Shown: positions 50,979-61,240 of the stretch, in pieces | Layout of the letters: each line of letters opens with the position of its first letter | Position numbering within the stretch: the stretch's first letter is position 1 | DNA from: Candidatus Poribacteria bacterium | Lineage (GTDB): Bacteria; Poribacteria; WGA-4E; WGA-3G | Length of the DNA stretch: 64,000 bases | Direction of reading: 5' to 3' | Assembly (NCBI GenBank): GCA_965205025.1 | Contig: CBDBFU010000003.1 | Location: 32,001-96,000, forward strand | Made by a program: the position numbers and the translations under genes | The notes under the pieces: model-generated | The model's database searches: none | Seen by the model: the letters and a program-made list of their open reading frames with translations, nothing else | Told to the model about the DNA's origin: nothing

Positions 50979-50991
50979 AATCAGGTAGAAT

Positions 50992-51813
50992 ATGGAATCC
51001 AATGATGTTGAAATGTCTATTTGGGAACATCTTGAAGAACTCAGACGACGCATCATATTAATTGCAATCGCTCTCGGTTTTTTTACAATAATTTGTCTTT
51101 CTTTTAGTAAGCCAATCGAAAAAGTAATTAAGTTTCCTTTAGAAACATCTTTTAAGATACTGCTGGCTGACACTTTGGATTCATTCTTTGAATCTGAAGG
51201 AACATTAATAGGTTTTTTTTCCTTATCACTAAGAGCAGGGGCATCAAAAATACAAGCTGAACTCTTCAAGGTAGGTCCAATTGAAGGGATCATGGCTTAT
51301 CTAAAATTAGGAATTACAGCTGGGTTTCTATTGGCTTCTCCGTTTGTTATATATCAATTATGGGCATTCATATTTCCAGCACTTACAATTAAGGAAAAGA
51401 AATATGCCCTACCTCTCTTTATAATTATTGTAATCTTCTTTATTATTGGCGCTACATTTGCGTATTTCATTGTTACCCCTGTCGTATTAGAATTCTCAGC
51501 AAAACTATTTCCTGATCTCGCCAATAGATGGGATCTTGACAAATACATCAGTTTTATTACAAAGATTATCTTAGGATTCGGTATCGCTTTTGAACTGCCA
51601 ATAGTCATGGCTTTTCTTGCTCGTATCGGAGTTATTGATTGGCGTGGTTTTAGTAGCAAACAACGACATGCGTTATTAGGTATCGCTGTTTTATCCGCAG
51701 TACTAACACCCGCAGATCCGTGGTCAATGCTACTCATGGCAATACCTTTATTCCTTCTTTATCAACTCGGTATTTTTTTCGCGTTCCTCATGGAAAAGGA
51801 GGTTGAAATATAA
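50992..51813 (+). CDS. tatC: Twin-arginine translocase subunit TatC
   Basis: HLEELRRR, YQLWAFIFPAL, FELP, LTPADPWS. Confidence 0.96.
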   Translation: MESNDVEMSIWEHLEELRRRIILIAIALGFFTIICLSFSKPIEKVIKFPLETSFKILLADTLDSFFESEGTLIGFFSLSLRAGASKIQAELFKVGPIEGIMAYLKLGITAGFLLASPFVIYQLWAFIFPALTIKEKKYALPLFIIIVIFFIIGATFAYFIVTPVVLEFSAKLFPDLANRWDLDKYISFITKIILGFGIAFELPIVMAFLARIGVIDWRGFSSKQRHALLGIAVLSAVLTPADPWSMLLMAIPLFLLYQLGIFFAFLMEKEVEI

Positions 51814-52556
51814 TGGCAAACGAATCTTTAAGACAGCAACTCGCAAACCTATACAAGCTACAAGAACATGATAGAGAGTTGTTGTCATATCACAAACGTC
51901 TTACAGAAATTCCAAGGCACATAGAGAAGTTAGAACAAAGTGTGACAAAATTCAAGACAGATATCTCTGCAAAATCTGATGAACTTGCTGAAATTGAAAA
52001 GAATCTACGGTCAATGAATATAGAATTAGAAACAAACGAAGAACAAAGAGAGAAATTTAGAAACGAACAACGAGAAGTAACAACAAATGACGCTTATGCC
52101 GCACTCGAAAATCAAATTGAATACCTAAATCAGAAAGATGCTGAAACTGAAGAACAGATATTAGAACTGATGGAAAAAGTTGATCTGATGAAGGAAGAAT
52201 TGGATAAACTCAACGATGAAGTGGCAAGTGAAGATAAAATAAAATCGAAAAAAACTGCAGAATTTCGTAAAGAACAGAAAGTATTAAAGGCAGATATTGA
52301 TAAGAGAATTCAAGAACGATCCCAATTTCTACCTAAAATTGATAAGACACTCGGTAATCAATATCAAAAATGGATTCAAAGAAATAAGGGAGATTTTGTA
52401 GCTTTAGGAAAAAATGGAACTTGTGGCAGTTGTCGACTTACTATCCATCCCCAAAGCCTAAAGGAAGCACAGAAGTATGAAAAATTGGTCTATTGTTCAA
52501 ACTGTAAACGAGTTTTATATGTAGAACCACTCTCTGCTGGTGAACAATATCCATAG
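51813..52556 (+). CDS. Coiled-coil C4 zinc-ribbon protein (DUF164/CdsZ-like)
   Basis: LYKLQEHD, long coiled coil, CGSC..CSNCKRVLY. Confidence 0.88.
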   Translation: MANESLRQQLANLYKLQEHDRELLSYHKRLTEIPRHIEKLEQSVTKFKTDISAKSDELAEIEKNLRSMNIELETNEEQREKFRNEQREVTTNDAYAALENQIEYLNQKDAETEEQILELMEKVDLMKEELDKLNDEVASEDKIKSKKTAEFRKEQKVLKADIDKRIQERSQFLPKIDKTLGNQYQKWIQRNKGDFVALGKNGTCGSCRLTIHPQSLKEAQKYEKLVYCSNCKRVLYVEPLSAGEQYP

Positions 52557-52666
52557 ATTATTAAGTTAATGCCTTGTGCTATTTAACATTTAGCATTTTT
52601 ACATTTTACATGTCCGTCTTGTTTAGGTTGAATTCTATTATTCTCTGATACCTGATAACTTCTAAA

Positions 52667-52728
52667 GTAGGAGGGAACTTTGATTTCCGACTACAGACTG
52701 GTCGCGATTCCGAGTTCGCTCCAACAGA
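52667..52728. repeat. Two opposed GTAG-type REPs
   Basis: GTAGGAGGGAACTTTGATTTCCGA and GTCGCGATTCCGAGTTCGCTCCAAC. Confidence 0.65.
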
Positions 52729-52794
52729 ATATGAACAGTTGTGTAAAACAACAAAGCTGATACATAACTAACACATCTATTTATTAGGACTTTA

Positions 52795-53121
52795 ATGCCA
52801 TTTTTTGATATAAAATCACAACCAGAAATAAGTGCCTTTGATGGAGTTTCAATTCGAACAGTTCATGGTGAGAAATTAATGCTATCCTATGTGCATTTAG
52901 AACCACATAGTATAGTGACTGAACATAGTCATCCACATGAACAGATGGGTATGGTATTAGAAGGGATATTCGAATTGAATATTGACGGAGACTCCAGAAT
53001 ACTTACTAAAGGTGATACATACCTAATTCCATCTGATACCAAACATAGTGCCCGAGCCTTTGATAACCCCGCTATTGCACTTGATATATTTAGTCCACCA
53101 CGGGAAGATTATATCAATTGA
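52795..53121 (+). CDS. Cupin domain protein
   Basis: HSHPHEQMG, IPSDTKH, DIFSPPREDY. Confidence 0.92.
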   Translation: MPFFDIKSQPEISAFDGVSIRTVHGEKLMLSYVHLEPHSIVTEHSHPHEQMGMVLEGIFELNIDGDSRILTKGDTYLIPSDTKHSARAFDNPAIALDIFSPPREDYIN

Positions 53122-53888
53122 CTAAAAATCTATATATTACAGTTAAATCATTAGAATCTACTGGATTAGTCAAAGCAGGTATAAGTCAACGAATAGGTGG
53201 AGTAAGTCCACCACCATACAGATCACTAAACCTTGCAACCCATGTTAGGGACAATCTGGACAATGTCACCAGAAATCAACAGAAATTATCTAAACAAACA
53301 GGGATAAAGACATTAAAGTATTGCAATCAGATCCATAGTGATAAGGTTATTGATGCAGACCAAATAACTCACCCATATTGGAATGGAATTGGTTCTGCAG
53401 AATCTACTCCAACCGGAGATGCTCTTATATCTAAAATCAATAACACAACATTAGGCGTATTTACTGCAGACTGTATCCCAATATCTATTTTAGATCTCAA
53501 CACACCATCAATAGCAATTGTTCATGCGGGTTGGCGTGGAACAGAAGCACAAATTGCTATCAAGACACTTAATAAAATGAAGGAGGATTATGGAACAAAA
53601 GCCGATAACTGTCTTATCCATTTAGGTCCATCCATACAGAAGTGTTGTTATGAAGTTGGGGCAGATTTACTATCAAAGTTTAGTCAGAAATTCGGTGATT
53701 CTGTTGTCTATGGTAATCACCTATGTTTACAAACAGCGAATGTTAACCAGTTGATTGACTACTCAGTTCCTGAAACTTCCATTTCAATTTCGCCATTTTG
53801 TACCTCTTGTAACCTCAATCGTTTTTATTCTTATCGAGTTGAAGGTCAAGAAACTGGTAGGATGTTATCATATATACAGTTAATATGA
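53118..53888 (+). CDS. pgeF: PgeF/YfiH family purine nucleoside phosphorylase-like protein
   Basis: SLNL, NQIHS, FTADCIPI, HAGWRG, GPSI..CCYEVG, FYSYR. Confidence 0.92.
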   Translation: MTKNLYITVKSLESTGLVKAGISQRIGGVSPPPYRSLNLATHVRDNLDNVTRNQQKLSKQTGIKTLKYCNQIHSDKVIDADQITHPYWNGIGSAESTPTGDALISKINNTTLGVFTADCIPISILDLNTPSIAIVHAGWRGTEAQIAIKTLNKMKEDYGTKADNCLIHLGPSIQKCCYEVGADLLSKFSQKFGDSVVYGNHLCLQTANVNQLIDYSVPETSISISPFCTSCNLNRFYSYRVEGQETGRMLSYIQLI

Positions 53889-54124
53889 ATTGAATCTAAT
53901 AGAGAATACCCATATCAGCTGGTAGGACCAGTCATCTAACCTTCTCATTTAAATAGTAGAACAAATTCTTACTTGTACCTTAGAAAATTCACCAACAATA
54001 ACAAGTAAGAACAATCAATTTACGAATCATAGCCACACCTAATCTTATTTGCTTTATTGTAAAAAAAATGGTATCATTAACCAACCGAGAATGGGTATTC
54101 GGTTTTTACCGAGTGAGGAATTGA

Positions 54125-54460
54125 ATGCGTTCATTTTTTCTCTCATTATCAATCTTGTCAAGCCTGATCGGCCTCTATTTTATTTTCCGCGGATGTATAC
54201 ATCCAACATTATACACTAAGGAATTATCAAAAGAGAATACAACTGCTGTAAGGGTTACCCAAGTATATACTGAGGCTACTTATCGGGTTGTTCTGGGTAT
54301 CGGTTTTACTTCATTTGCTATCTTTACAGGCATATCAGGATTATTGATTTCAACTGATGAAGTAAAAAAGGAGATTGCCTTCGTAATTGGTAAGATTACA
54401 AAGAAGACATCAGTTTCATCAGAATCAGACAGTGCCCAAGACGAGAAGGATGAATCTTGA
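54125..54460 (+). CDS. Hypothetical two-TM membrane protein
   Basis: Two hydrophobic segments; RBS GAGG; overlaps yggS start. Confidence 0.6.
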   Translation: MRSFFLSLSILSSLIGLYFIFRGCIHPTLYTKELSKENTTAVRVTQVYTEATYRVVLGIGFTSFAIFTGISGLLISTDEVKKEIAFVIGKITKKTSVSSESDSAQDEKDES

Positions 54461-55185
54461 ATCAAATTACACAGAATCTTGATACCGTGAAGCAACGCAT
54501 TACAGATGCCGCACAACGGAGCGGGAGATTACCTGAAAAGATAGGACTTATTGCTGTAACCAAAGGAGTTGACGTTTCACAGATTCAAAACATAATTGAT
54601 GAAGGGGTCACTGATATCGGGGAAAACAGGATTCAAGAAGCACAAAAAAAATATGACATTATCAATCAAAGTAAAGAGAACGGAACACAAGAAAATAATA
54701 TAAACTGCAATTGCAACTGGCATCTGATAGGACATCTACAACGAAATAAGGTTAAATCTGCTTTAGAGATGTTCTCACTAATTCATTCAGTAGATAGCAT
54801 TCGCTTATATAAAGAGATATCTAATCGGTCTAAAGAAAAAAAGAATCCAACGAGAGTCTTATTACAAATTAATACAACAGGGGAAGTCAGCAAATTCGGT
54901 ATAGCTGTAGATGAAGTAATAAGTTTTATAGAGGAGGCACATACATATCCTAATGTGGCGATATGTGGATTGATGACAATTGGTATTTTAAGTGTTTCAC
55001 CAGAGGATAATCGTCCAGCTTTTGAATTACTCAGGAATCTATCTGAGAAAATTGAAAAACAACAATTTTCTGGTGTTGAAATGCAATATCTATCAATGGG
55101 TATGACGAATGATTTTGAAATTGCAATTGAAGAAGGAGCAAACTTAGTTAGAATAGGAACTGCTATCTTTGGTATAGATAACTAA
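54457..55185 (+). CDS. yggS: PLP homeostasis protein YggS
   Basis: LIAVTK, GENRIQE, WHLIGHLQRNK, LSMGMTND, VRIGTAIFG. Confidence 0.96.
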   Translation: MNQITQNLDTVKQRITDAAQRSGRLPEKIGLIAVTKGVDVSQIQNIIDEGVTDIGENRIQEAQKKYDIINQSKENGTQENNINCNCNWHLIGHLQRNKVKSALEMFSLIHSVDSIRLYKEISNRSKEKKNPTRVLLQINTTGEVSKFGIAVDEVISFIEEAHTYPNVAICGLMTIGILSVSPEDNRPAFELLRNLSEKIEKQQFSGVEMQYLSMGMTNDFEIAIEEGANLVRIGTAIFGIDN

Positions 55186-55282
55186 TAATTATTTGACGAT
55201 CACTCTATTGTTGAAGTTGATAGTGGTAACGGAATATAATGCTGAGTAAGAGAGTATAAATGACGATTAGTGGAGAGAATAA

Positions 55283-56098
55283 GTGGAAGAATACCTTAAA
55301 TTAGGTGTGATTGGTATAGGGAAAATGGGAGGTATTATTGTCAGAAGTATTGTAAATGACCTTCTTTCTCCACAACATATCTCAATTGTTGATCTTGATC
55401 AAAAACTTGTATCCCAATTGTGTGATGAAACTGGGGTGACAGCCGTATCAGACATACCAGAATTGTTAACTACTACAGATTATATTCTATGTGCTGTTCC
55501 TCCTGTTGCTATTCCAAATATCCTACCTCAGATATCCGAAAGTATAACAGATAAACAGTGGTTGATTAGCATAGCAGCTGGAGTATCAACAACAACTTTG
55601 GAATCATATTTTGATTCTCCTCCACCAATAGTACGAGTTATGCCAAATATTGCCGCTTCAGTTGGGGCTGCGGTTTCTGTCATATCTGCTGGTATTGCTG
55701 CTAAGGAAGGACATCTAAAGCAAACACAAAATGTGTTTGATACTTGTGGTATTACACTAATCATGGAAGAACGTCATATAAATGCTGTAACAGGAGTAAG
55801 TGGTAGCGGTCCTGCTTATGTCGCACTTTTTATTGAGGCATTAGCTGATGCAGGAGTTCTGGTTGGTCTTCCGCGTCAAGATGCACAGACTTTAGCAATC
55901 CACACTGTATTAGGAGCAGCAACTATTATGACGGAATCTAATGAACACCCAGCAACGTTAAAAAATCGTGTAACGACTCCAGGCGGAACAACTGCCGCTG
56001 GACTTCATGCACTTGAAAAGGGTGGATTAAGGGCGACAATTACTGAAGCAATACTTTCAGCCACAGAACGAGCAAAAGAACTTGATACGAGTAATTAA
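55283..56098 (+). CDS. proC: Pyrroline-5-carboxylate reductase
   Basis: IGIGKMG, SIAAG, RVMPN, SGSGPAY, VTTPGGTT. Confidence 0.96.
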   Translation: MEEYLKLGVIGIGKMGGIIVRSIVNDLLSPQHISIVDLDQKLVSQLCDETGVTAVSDIPELLTTTDYILCAVPPVAIPNILPQISESITDKQWLISIAAGVSTTTLESYFDSPPPIVRVMPNIAASVGAAVSVISAGIAAKEGHLKQTQNVFDTCGITLIMEERHINAVTGVSGSGPAYVALFIEALADAGVLVGLPRQDAQTLAIHTVLGAATIMTESNEHPATLKNRVTTPGGTTAAGLHALEKGGLRATITEAILSATERAKELDTSN

Positions 56099-56112
56099 GA
56101 AGGAACAAAGTT

Positions 56113-56373
56113 GTGGAACTATTGGCTGGATTACTCAAACATCTCTTAAACATTTACATGCTTGTTATTATCCTGAATGTAATTTTATCATGGGTTGTAT
56201 TCGGTACACAGAATATAGTCATTCGTCGGATTTATCTGGTTACAGGACAATTCGTTGATCCCCTATTGCAACCGATTCGAACATTTCTAAATCCAATGAC
56301 TCGAAACATTGGAATTGATTTTTCTCCAATTGTCTTAATTGTACTCTTAGGTATACTTGAATCATGGTTATAA
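56113..56373 (+). CDS. yggT: YggT family membrane protein
   Basis: ILSWV, DPLLQPIR, GIDFSPI. Confidence 0.9.
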   Translation: MELLAGLLKHLLNIYMLVIILNVILSWVVFGTQNIVIRRIYLVTGQFVDPLLQPIRTFLNPMTRNIGIDFSPIVLIVLLGILESWL

Positions 56374-56448
56374 TTTTAGAGGCTTTAGCCTACTCTGGCT
56401 TGTATACATGATTCTTCTTAATCTTTATAAACAAATCAAACCTGTCTT

Positions 56449-59025
56449 ATGAAAAAGACGAACACACCTACACGGAACTCTAATTCAGATCCTTCTAAGA
56501 GTCTAATCCATAAAAAACCAGTTTCTACAAAAGTACAAGAGTCTACATTCGAATACAGACTTGCTTCGGATATAGTCCAATTTTGGACAACACAAAACGT
56601 CTATTCGGACAAGGAAAAAAACTCTGAAACACCAACTTCTGTGATTCGAGAGATGCCTACACCTGTTTCTACACTCAGTTTTGATACATTACGTAGGAAA
56701 CTATATCAAGATACATACCTTAAATTTGAATTGATGCAAGGCAACTCTGTCAATTACACTCCATTATGGGAGACTTTTCCATTTAGTATTGAATCTATTG
56801 TAATAAAAGGCAATAATGACACTGCAAATATGACCAAATTTAGAAAGCAATGTCGTCAAATTTTTGCACAACATCTAAAATCTCAACAAGAGAAATTTAT
56901 TAATCTTGGTATTTTTGCTGATTGGAAATCTGCTGAAAAATCTTTAGATACACGATATGAAACAAAAATGTTTTCTCATTTTGACAGATTACGTGAACAT
57001 AGTTTTTTACGAGATGAATTACGACTCAGTCATTGGTGTCCAAACTGTATTTTACCTTTGGAATCTGGAAAAACTGTAAACACCATTTCTACTTCAGAAT
57101 TATATACTTATGTTAAGTTTCCATTAAATATTGGTTATGAAGATTTTGGAAAGAATGTCTACTTTACCATTCAATTTACAGAAAAACAACTATGGGAAGT
57201 AGTCGGAACTATAGCATTAGGGATAACAAATAATGTTACATATTGGTTAACACACTATCAAGATGATTATCTAATTTTTGCTGAGCCTCATCTAAAGAAA
57301 TTCGTTGGTAGAAGCAAAAAACCTAAATTATGTCCTAAACCTATAGCAAAATTAGATGTTGGCACACTAAAAGATTGTACTGTTACCCATCCACTTTTTT
57401 CTCTAAACGAATTACCTATCGTTATTATTCCAGATGGGGTAATCTCTAATATTGCTGAATTTGATAATCGTAAGGAATTAATCTCTGGGATCATTCCAAT
57501 AAACCCATCACATCATACACTAAGTTATTCAATCATAAACTCTTTAGATGATTTCGAAGAGACAGACTTAAAATCACTTATACATTCTACATCAACTGCA
57601 CCAATATTTGACGAGAATGGAAGGTTCACTGAAGATGCAGACACACTATGTGGGTTAGATTTGTCTCAAGTTACGCCTTTTATAACTGATGAATTTGAAG
57701 CAAAAGGTATGTTAATAAAAACGCGAAAACAGATGACAAAACAGCATCAATGTCAAATTTGCGAAGGCATTTCAGTGTCTCGACCTTATCGACACTGGGT
57801 TTTTTCATTCGGGGCAAGTGAGATAAAGCGAGAAGTAACCAATTCCCCTGAATATTGGGAACATTATGATGAAAGTCTACGAAATCTTATTCTTGGTGAA
57901 GTAGCAAAAGTTAATGAATTGACTGTATCTTCAGAAAGACAGTGGGGAATACCGCTACCTGTTCTAAGGTGTGATAACTGTAATGAGCTATTAGCAGATA
58001 AAAAAATACTTCGATCTGTGAGGAGTTCTATTCGTAGAGGTGCTGAACAATGGTTTCGTTTGAGTGTTGAAGAACTCTTGCCAGCAGAAACTGTATGCGA
58101 AAATTGTAATTCCAAAGATTTTAGGAAAGAATCAACATATATCGAAAGTTACTTTGCAAATTTGTTGCAAGCACTTGATACATCAGATTTTAAGAAAACG
58201 GTACATGAATCATTTAATAGTATTGCATTTGTACCTGAAGCAAAATTTATTGAGTGGTTGGGACAATTAAGTATAATTTCTGCTTCTCTTCAACAAAGTA
58301 GACCAACAAAAGATAGCCAACCCTATAAGAATCTACGAATAATTCCATTATCAGATATATCAAATGATTCAGAGATTCAGGATACTATTATAGAGAAATA
58401 TCCCGCCGATGTAATAAGAATTGTATCTTTAGGCACAAATTTACAGAATGCTAATTCTGACGAGGACATTCCTGAGTATCTTGAATCCCAAATGAAAAAG
58501 ACTAATAGTAAGTATATACAATTGAAGATTTTACTAACAAACGCCATAGAAGTTAGTATGAAACTTGAAAATAGTAATAGCACAAAACAGAGAAGAAGGA
58601 GAACATTTAATCCGATTACTTTCAAAATACAAAACCTAAAAGAGACTGACTATTTGACATTATCAAAAATTAACGATTCAATTAGTAGGATAGACGAAGC
58701 ATACCAGTCAAAAACATATCATATCATCTTTGATTTACTATCGGATTTATGTGTTGAAGAATTTGTTAAGTATATACAATTGTGTCAAAATGACCTTACT
58801 GAGGAAAACTTAAAATCTACCCAAAGTACAATAACGGCAATTTTGAAAGTTGTAATTCAAAGACTTGCTCCTATTACACCATTCTTAGCAGAGGATTTAA
58901 ATAAAGCAGTATTTACCTCTTCAAAAAGTATTTTTGAAGAAAAATGGGTTAATTTACCACAAACTAATTGGAATGATGACATGGTTGAGGAGTGGAAGAC
59001 TCTCATATCAAAAAACAATAAATGA
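56449..59025 (+). CDS. Isoleucyl-tRNA synthetase homologue lacking catalytic motifs (probable pseudo-enzyme)
   Basis: FRKQCR, LGIFADW, HWCPNC, YVKFP, RQWGIPLP, FRKE, YPADVIR, LAPITPFLAE conserved; no HIGH, no KMSKS; located between yggT and lspA. Confidence 0.85.
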   Translation: MKKTNTPTRNSNSDPSKSLIHKKPVSTKVQESTFEYRLASDIVQFWTTQNVYSDKEKNSETPTSVIREMPTPVSTLSFDTLRRKLYQDTYLKFELMQGNSVNYTPLWETFPFSIESIVIKGNNDTANMTKFRKQCRQIFAQHLKSQQEKFINLGIFADWKSAEKSLDTRYETKMFSHFDRLREHSFLRDELRLSHWCPNCILPLESGKTVNTISTSELYTYVKFPLNIGYEDFGKNVYFTIQFTEKQLWEVVGTIALGITNNVTYWLTHYQDDYLIFAEPHLKKFVGRSKKPKLCPKPIAKLDVGTLKDCTVTHPLFSLNELPIVIIPDGVISNIAEFDNRKELISGIIPINPSHHTLSYSIINSLDDFEETDLKSLIHSTSTAPIFDENGRFTEDADTLCGLDLSQVTPFITDEFEAKGMLIKTRKQMTKQHQCQICEGISVSRPYRHWVFSFGASEIKREVTNSPEYWEHYDESLRNLILGEVAKVNELTVSSERQWGIPLPVLRCDNCNELLADKKILRSVRSSIRRGAEQWFRLSVEELLPAETVCENCNSKDFRKESTYIESYFANLLQALDTSDFKKTVHESFNSIAFVPEAKFIEWLGQLSIISASLQQSRPTKDSQPYKNLRIIPLSDISNDSEIQDTIIEKYPADVIRIVSLGTNLQNANSDEDIPEYLESQMKKTNSKYIQLKILLTNAIEVSMKLENSNSTKQRRRRTFNPITFKIQNLKETDYLTLSKINDSISRIDEAYQSKTYHIIFDLLSDLCVEEFVKYIQLCQNDLTEENLKSTQSTITAILKVVIQRLAPITPFLAEDLNKAVFTSSKSIFEEKWVNLPQTNWNDDMVEEWKTLISKNNK

Positions 59026-59540
59026 AATATGACAATGGTGTGTTATATAACGTGTTGAAAAAAATTAGAAACCTAAAGACAATATTACCATTAGTTTTAG
59101 TGGCAATACCAATTTTTATTCTTGATTATGTGACAAAATTATTAATCCAAATGTATATTCCTGAGGGAACAGGATACCCGATAATTCCAGGTTTCTTCAA
59201 TTTAAGACATGATAGAAATAGTGGTGCTGCCTTTGGTATATTAGCTGATCAACGTACCTTTCTTGTTTTAGTAACTATTGTTGCACTTATTTTTATCTTT
59301 TTTTACTATTTTCGATTTAGACACAGTGGATGGATGCGGATATCACTTGGGTTTCTATTAGGTGGGGCTGTTGGGAACTTCTTAGATCGAATTGTCTTAG
59401 GTGAGGTCGTTGACTTCCTTCAATTTGGAATAGTAAGTAAAAGACTATACTGGCCAACTTTTAATGTCGCTGATATTTCTGTTTGTATCGGGGCAGGGAT
59501 GTTAATTGTATATCTTTTTCGTCTTCAAAGTACAGAATGA
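59022..59540 (+). CDS. lspA: Lipoprotein signal peptidase II
   Basis: DYVTK, NSGAAFG, GGAVGNFLDR, VVDF, FNVAD. Confidence 0.97.
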   Translation: MKYDNGVLYNVLKKIRNLKTILPLVLVAIPIFILDYVTKLLIQMYIPEGTGYPIIPGFFNLRHDRNSGAAFGILADQRTFLVLVTIVALIFIFFYYFRFRHSGWMRISLGFLLGGAVGNFLDRIVLGEVVDFLQFGIVSKRLYWPTFNVADISVCIGAGMLIVYLFRLQSTE

Positions 59541-59617
59541 GTATTACAGTAAATTAATGATGAACATAATTTTCATGGATAGATCTGTTCCATTTATATT
59601 AGGATGATAAAAAATCA

Positions 59618-60193
59618 ATGAATAATTATACAATACTATACAGTTTTCTCCTATTATTTTTGCCATTCATGATAACCAATCAATCACAGGCACAATTCAT
59701 ACCACAACAAACACAAGAGACACCGGATTCTGAATATCATGAAAGTGCTTTAAGAAGATTTGAAATTATCACCTTAAGTGCTTTCCCTTTCACTGCTGTT
59801 CATAGTTATTTAGGTGTACGAGGTATACAAATGATACAACAGAATAAGATCGCTCCTGTCCTAACACCTAAGAATTATAGAATCATGGGAATTAGTGCAG
59901 TTTCTTTATCTCTATTTATTGGGGTGTGGGATTGGTACCATACTCGCAATGTTGATAGATCTGAACCCAGTATCCCTGGTCACGAACATCCATCTCCACC
60001 ACAAGATGAGATTCCTGACGATGGTAGTATTGCTCGTGCAACCTACTATGGACCATATTCGACAAATATATATTTGAATAATCAGTCTCCTAATCAAATT
60101 CCCTCCATGAAACCGTTATGTATGGGATTGAATAAATGGATGAACGAACAATCTACGCTGATTTCTCTTACATTGCTTGAAATACGCTTTTAA
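59618..60193 (+). CDS. Hypothetical exported/membrane protein
   Basis: Signal peptide, LRRFEIITLSAFPFT, one further TM segment. Confidence 0.6.
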   Translation: MNNYTILYSFLLLFLPFMITNQSQAQFIPQQTQETPDSEYHESALRRFEIITLSAFPFTAVHSYLGVRGIQMIQQNKIAPVLTPKNYRIMGISAVSLSLFIGVWDWYHTRNVDRSEPSIPGHEHPSPPQDEIPDDGSIARATYYGPYSTNIYLNNQSPNQIPSMKPLCMGLNKWMNEQSTLISLTLLEIRF

Positions 60194-60253
60194 GGATAAG
60201 TTTATTCTGATATATTAATTCTTACCATATTCCTATGAGATAATTTTGAATAA

Positions 60254-61235
60254 ATGCGTATACTCTTTATGGGCACAAGTGAATTTGCTGTTCCTGCTTT
60301 AAAATGAACTTATTGTCCAGAATTTCAATATCATTGGGGTTGTAACACAACCAGACAGACCCAAAGGCAGAGGAAGAAAATTAAGTCCTTCCCCAATAAA
60401 ATCACTTGCAACAGAACACAGTCTTCAGATAATCCAACCAGAGAAAATTAGAATGAAGGAATCTGTAGATGAATTGTTAAAACTCCAACCTGATGTCATA
60501 GTCGTTGCTGCCTTTGGACAACTTCTCCCACAGACAATATTAGACATTCCTCCTTGTGGAGTCATTAATATACATCCTTCCATACTTCCAAAATATAGAG
60601 GGGCAGCACCAATACAATGGGCAGTAATAAATGGAGAAAAGGAGACTGGTGTGTCTCTCATGTTATTAGACCAAGGTGAAGATACAGGAGATGTAATATC
60701 TATTGATAAAGTAAAGATTACTGATGAAGATACAGTAAAAACTGTACACGACAAATTAGCGAATTTAGGAGCAAAACGACTCGCTGCTTTAATAGCAAAA
60801 TTACCTAAAGAAAAACCTCCTTCAGCAATACCACAGAATCATAAGAATGCTACCCATGCACCACGACTCACTAAAGAGATTGGACATATTAATTGGAATC
60901 ATAATGCTACTGATATCCATAACCTAATACGAGGAACTATGGGGTGGCCAGGAGCATCAACTGTATACGGGGAAGGATTACAGGTAAAAATCATAAAGGA
61001 CTATACCACATAAAAATAGAAAACACTGCTGTTGATACCACATTAAAGAAACAACCAGGTAGAATACAGATTACTGCAGAACGCAAAATTGTATGTAATC
61101 ACTGGCGAAGGTGAACTTCAGATACTACAAGTTCAACCTGCTACAAAAACTGTCATGGAAGTTAGTGACTTTATCAATGGATATCAAATTAAGACTGGAG
61201 ATCGTTTCTATAGGTTAAATAGTAATCCAGAGTAA
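60254..61235 (+). CDS. fmt: Methionyl-tRNA formyltransferase; four apparent +1 frameshifts (probably sequencing errors)
   Basis: MRILFMGTSEFAVPAL | VVTQPDRPKGRG, INIHPSILPKYRGAAPIQ | ..LQVQPA..FING; extra bases near 60301, 60998, 61014, 61086. Confidence 0.88.
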
Positions 61236-61240
61236 TAGGA

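Noticed and set aside
52557-52794. RNase P RNA or other ncRNA after the zinc-ribbon gene
   Set aside because: Too short, no GAGGAAAGTCC motif; contains only REP remnants.
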